Shown here piece after piece: positions 61,910-64,000 of a stretch of DNA of 64,000 bases. The notes below the pieces were generated by a model. That model did not search any database and was not told the DNA's origin. It saw nothing but the letters and a program-made list of their open reading frames with translations. Each line of letters starts with the position of its first letter. Position 1 is the first letter of the stretch. The position numbers were made by a program, and so were the translations under genes. This DNA is from Dipteris shenzhenensis (Eukaryota). The stretch is from the NCBI GenBank assembly GCA_047967505.1, contig CM106538.1. The stretch is one strand, 5' to 3'.

Positions 61910-63566
61910 AGAGCATGTGCACATAGGTAAGATTTTCTTTTTTGTTTCACCATTTCCATAAAAGACTAGCATATTTATGGTGAAGATGGTTTGTGTATAG
62001 ATGGCTAGACATAGTTCACTATCATCCAAGCAAAGCCTAATACATAGGTGCTCCAAGTGGCTTCATCAAGGATTCCTCATCCATGTACATGGTACAGGTT
62101 GCAAATGAGTTGTGAGCATTGTTTTGTGTCATAGGACATCTAAGATAACAAGGAGGTTTTGAGGGATGACTTTTAGCTTTTGGATGATGACTCACAAGTG
62201 AGTGTTTGTACAAGTGTAAAAAGTAAATGCATCAATGGGCTTCTAGCACACTTGTACCATGTGTATGTATATTAAATGTGTATGATACTTAGTAGATATA
62301 TTAGTGCTAGTAAGATCAATGTGCTCACAAGTTTTGATGTATATTGGATATCATTTGCATGGTTGGCCATGCATGTTTCCTTGTATTCACCATGTATCAA
62401 GCATAATTATTTGAAAAGATGTAGCAGTGGGATTCTACCATCATAGGTGTATGTATCAGAGATGGATACAATCCTTTGAAAAGGCCTTAATGTTAATAAG
62501 ATCCATGTTCTCACAAATTTTAATGTGCATCTTTCCTTTTCTTTCACCTCTGGGGGGTCCATTGAGGGTCCCACATTGTATGTAAATGTAGCATGTGGGT
62601 TCAACAATTTTTTAAAATTTGGGTATGGAAAAAAATCATAGGCTTGTATAAAAAAAGGAGTTTTAATAATATCTCTTAAACACAACACATGTCATTATGA
62701 CAATTCATTTTCCATGGGTCATGACTATACAAAGAGGTTTTTACCCAAGACTTCATTGGACGTGCTCAATACTTTCATCTTTCAAATGACTAGAATTTGA
62801 GTGCATTGTAATTTTGGAAGGTCTTGTGAAATATATATATTTTTTTGAAATATCGATGTCAAAATAAAGTCCTATAGAGGAATTGATATAGACATAAATA
62901 TAGAATCTATATCTCATCTATATAGATACTATAGAGGATTCAAGTCCCGATGTGAATACTGATGCAACTACCATTGAAAAATCAAATCTACACTTTTCTA
63001 ATGCTCGAATATATTTTTCAAAGCTCCATCATTTGGACCCAATTAGATTTCTAGGAGAAATATAACGAAGATGGGCCTTTGGAAAATATAATGTAGATGG
63101 GCCTTTGGGTAGTAGCAAGATATACTCCTATTCCATCTTCCCTAGTCTTAACTTGCTCCCTCACTTGTTTTCTTTACTAACAACTATAATGATGATTATT
63201 GATAGAAATAGAGCATGTGCACACGTATAATTTTCTTGTTTGTTTTTCCATTTTTGTAAAATACCAACATATTTAAGGTGAAGATGGTTTGTGTACAGAT
63301 GGTTAGACATAGCCCACCATCATCAAAGAAAATCTTGATACATAGGTGCTCTAAGTGGCCTCATCAAGGATTCTTTGTCCGTGTACATGGTGCAAGTTGC
63401 AAATGAGATGTCAGCATTGTTTGTGTAACAAGCCATCTAAGATTAGAAGGATATTTTGAGGGATGAAGTTGGATTCTAGATGATGACTCGGAGGTGGGTG
63501 TTTGCATAAGTGTAAAAGTGAATGCATCAATGAGATTCTACCACACTTGTACCATGTGCATGTATT
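61910..63566. repeat. Diverged ~360-bp direct repeat (61910-62270 and ~63210-63566)
   Basis: Colinear from AGAGCATGTGCACA through GGTGAAGATGGTTTGTGT to CACACTTGTACCATGTG; roughly 80% identical by eye. Confidence 0.85.
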
Positions 63567-64000
63567 AGGGATTTAAAAAGTACATTTTTTTAAATAAAAA
63601 TACGTAATTTTTAAATAAAGATCATGTCCTAATGCCCTAAATGCAAAAAAATGCGGTTTTTTACACCACCTAATGAATGGAAGACCACCACACAGTACAC
63701 ACTCTTACCACACAATACCATTATGAAAACACCACGCGGTATCTAGCCATAGCAAGTAGTATCAGTTGCCCCACACGATCCATGGCCTATACCGGCAATA
63801 ATTATTAGGACATCAATAAACACTGTCGGTAATGTTCATGTATCATGTGGTACATGTCCAATTGGCATGTGTGATAGCTTGGATCGTCCGATTGAGAAGG
63901 ATATGAAATCTTGTACATTGAGATACCGCATGGTACAGGAAGGGTATTGGCAATGCATGTGACAATCTATAAAAGGACCCCGCCCCCACCACTACCGCCC

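Noticed and set aside
61910-63566. LTR pair of a small retroelement (TRIM)
   Set aside because: No clear TG..CA ends, PBS, PPT or TSD around the 360-bp repeats.

Overview
Repeat-dense eukaryotic nuclear DNA from a land plant (GT-AG introns, plant TE families; the lineage cannot be fixed from the sequence alone). The only clear host gene is an intronless VQ-motif gene (6890-7636). The rest is transposon-derived. (i) A complete ~12.8-kb Mutator-like element (10129-22891) has a perfect 9-bp TSD (CACACAACC) and short AGCGAGCG-rich inverted ends. It carries a GCM-like/MULE-DDE/SWIM transposase on +. On - it carries a multi-exon gene joining a ParB-like GNHR domain to a beta-class amino-(N6A/N4C) DNA methyltransferase-like domain. 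Between these lie an array of long GTTAAC-centred palindromes and two small orphan ORFs. This element is the main candidate for an undescribed system. (ii) A four-level nest: a DUF7869-type transposase gene is split by a CACTA element (30608-54302, TSD TAC), which is split by Copia A (36354-52039, TSD TGAGC), which is split by Copia B (37560-42295, TSD CTACC) and Copia C (43622-49017, TSD GTTCG/ATTCG). (iii) Further CACTA, Copia, Gypsy and DUF7869 relics. All family and domain calls come from motifs recognised by eye; no searches were run.
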